DNA of 64,000 nucleotides from a plasmid: sequence record NZ_CP097382.1; one strand, 5' to 3'. Shown piece by piece: positions 63,778 to 64,000 of this stretch (position 1 is its first letter; each line of letters starts with the position of its first letter). The notes under the pieces were generated by a model. It saw only the letters and a program-made list of their open reading frames with translations, ran no database searches and was not told where the DNA came from. The position numbers and the translations under genes were made by a program.

Positions 63778-63790
63778 TAAGGATTCTAAT

Positions 63791-64000
63791 ATGGAACTCA
63801 AAACAGGAAAAAAACTTGGCAAGCTAATAGTAGTGTGCAGCCAGAAAGGTGGTGTAGTTAAGTCTCAATCTACTAATGAAATATCTTTCAACTTGCAAAA
63901 AATGGGGTATTCAGTTCTAGAAATTGATGCGGATTGGACTACAGGGTTAACAGAACGCACCTTTCCGAATGAACTTCCATTGGAAATTGAAAAAGAACCA
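63791..64000 (+). CDS. ParA/MinD-like P-loop ATPase (N-terminal part; continues beyond the window)
   Basis: MELKTGKKLGKLIVVCSQKGGVVKSQST... carries a deviant Walker A KGGxxK[ST]. Confidence 0.6.
   Translation, partial: MELKTGKKLGKLIVVCSQKGGVVKSQSTNEISFNLQKMGYSVLEIDADWTTGLTERTFPNELPLEIEKEP

Noticed and set aside
1-64000. tRNA, rRNA or tmRNA genes.
   Set aside because: No stretch with tRNA-like GC-rich cloverleaf signatures or rRNA-like conservation was seen by eye. The only GC-rich non-coding blocks lie in the plasmid-derived spacer at 34900-35300 and are reported as a possible ncRNA or ori, not as a tRNA.

Overview
This is an AT-rich, Proteus/Providencia-like region (Morganellaceae) in which every gene block is bounded by insertion-sequence debris. 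Nothing here is unambiguously novel. The most unusual element is a single-polypeptide PHP-domain plus Rad50/SMC-like ABC ATPase gene (59096-63179, minus) that resembles the Gao et al. 2020 Ppl anti-phage gene. It is inactivated by an IS91 insertion, an in-frame stop and a frameshift, and lies beside a HigBA-like toxin-antitoxin pair and a ParA-like gene with palindromic operators.

Fimbriae: two large MrpA-C-D-type chaperone-usher operons read on the plus strand (380-9972 and 42226-52029). Each follows an MrpJ-like HTH regulator and carries extra, tandem-duplicated minor-subunit genes plus a two-domain tip adhesin. There is also a compact four-gene fimbrial operon on the minus strand (17860-22939), a truncated operon remnant (usher 3' fragment, adhesin and MrpJ-like regulator, 25731-28047), and a decayed regulator plus major-subunit duplicate (38354-39298).

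Mobile elements are dense. A nested IS66-relic / IS3-family (IS407-like) / IS110 stack abutting an IS3-group relic occupies 10093-13700. Elsewhere there is an IS1-family copy and two derivatives, a degenerate IS2, IS6-family and IS256-family fragments, two IS6-derived MITE-like copies that differ by an 8-unit heptamer expansion, an IS30-family element inside a parDE pair, an IS481-family full copy plus a fragment, and two identical IS91-family copies plus a diverged fragment.

Foreign cargo: a fumC-like plus NAD-malic-enzyme pair flanked by IS relics, and a benzoylformate-decarboxylase-like TPP enzyme plus an AEC transporter flanked by IS30 and IS481. A higher-GC IncF-like plasmid maintenance and replication block (tyrosine recombinase, SopA/SopB-type ParAB, IncFII-type RepA, ProQ/FinO-family protein) appears to have been captured next to IS91 and replaces the 5' half of a fimbrial operon. 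It sits beside a 2-kb ORF-free AT-rich tract that contains a candidate 9-bp inverted-repeat switch.
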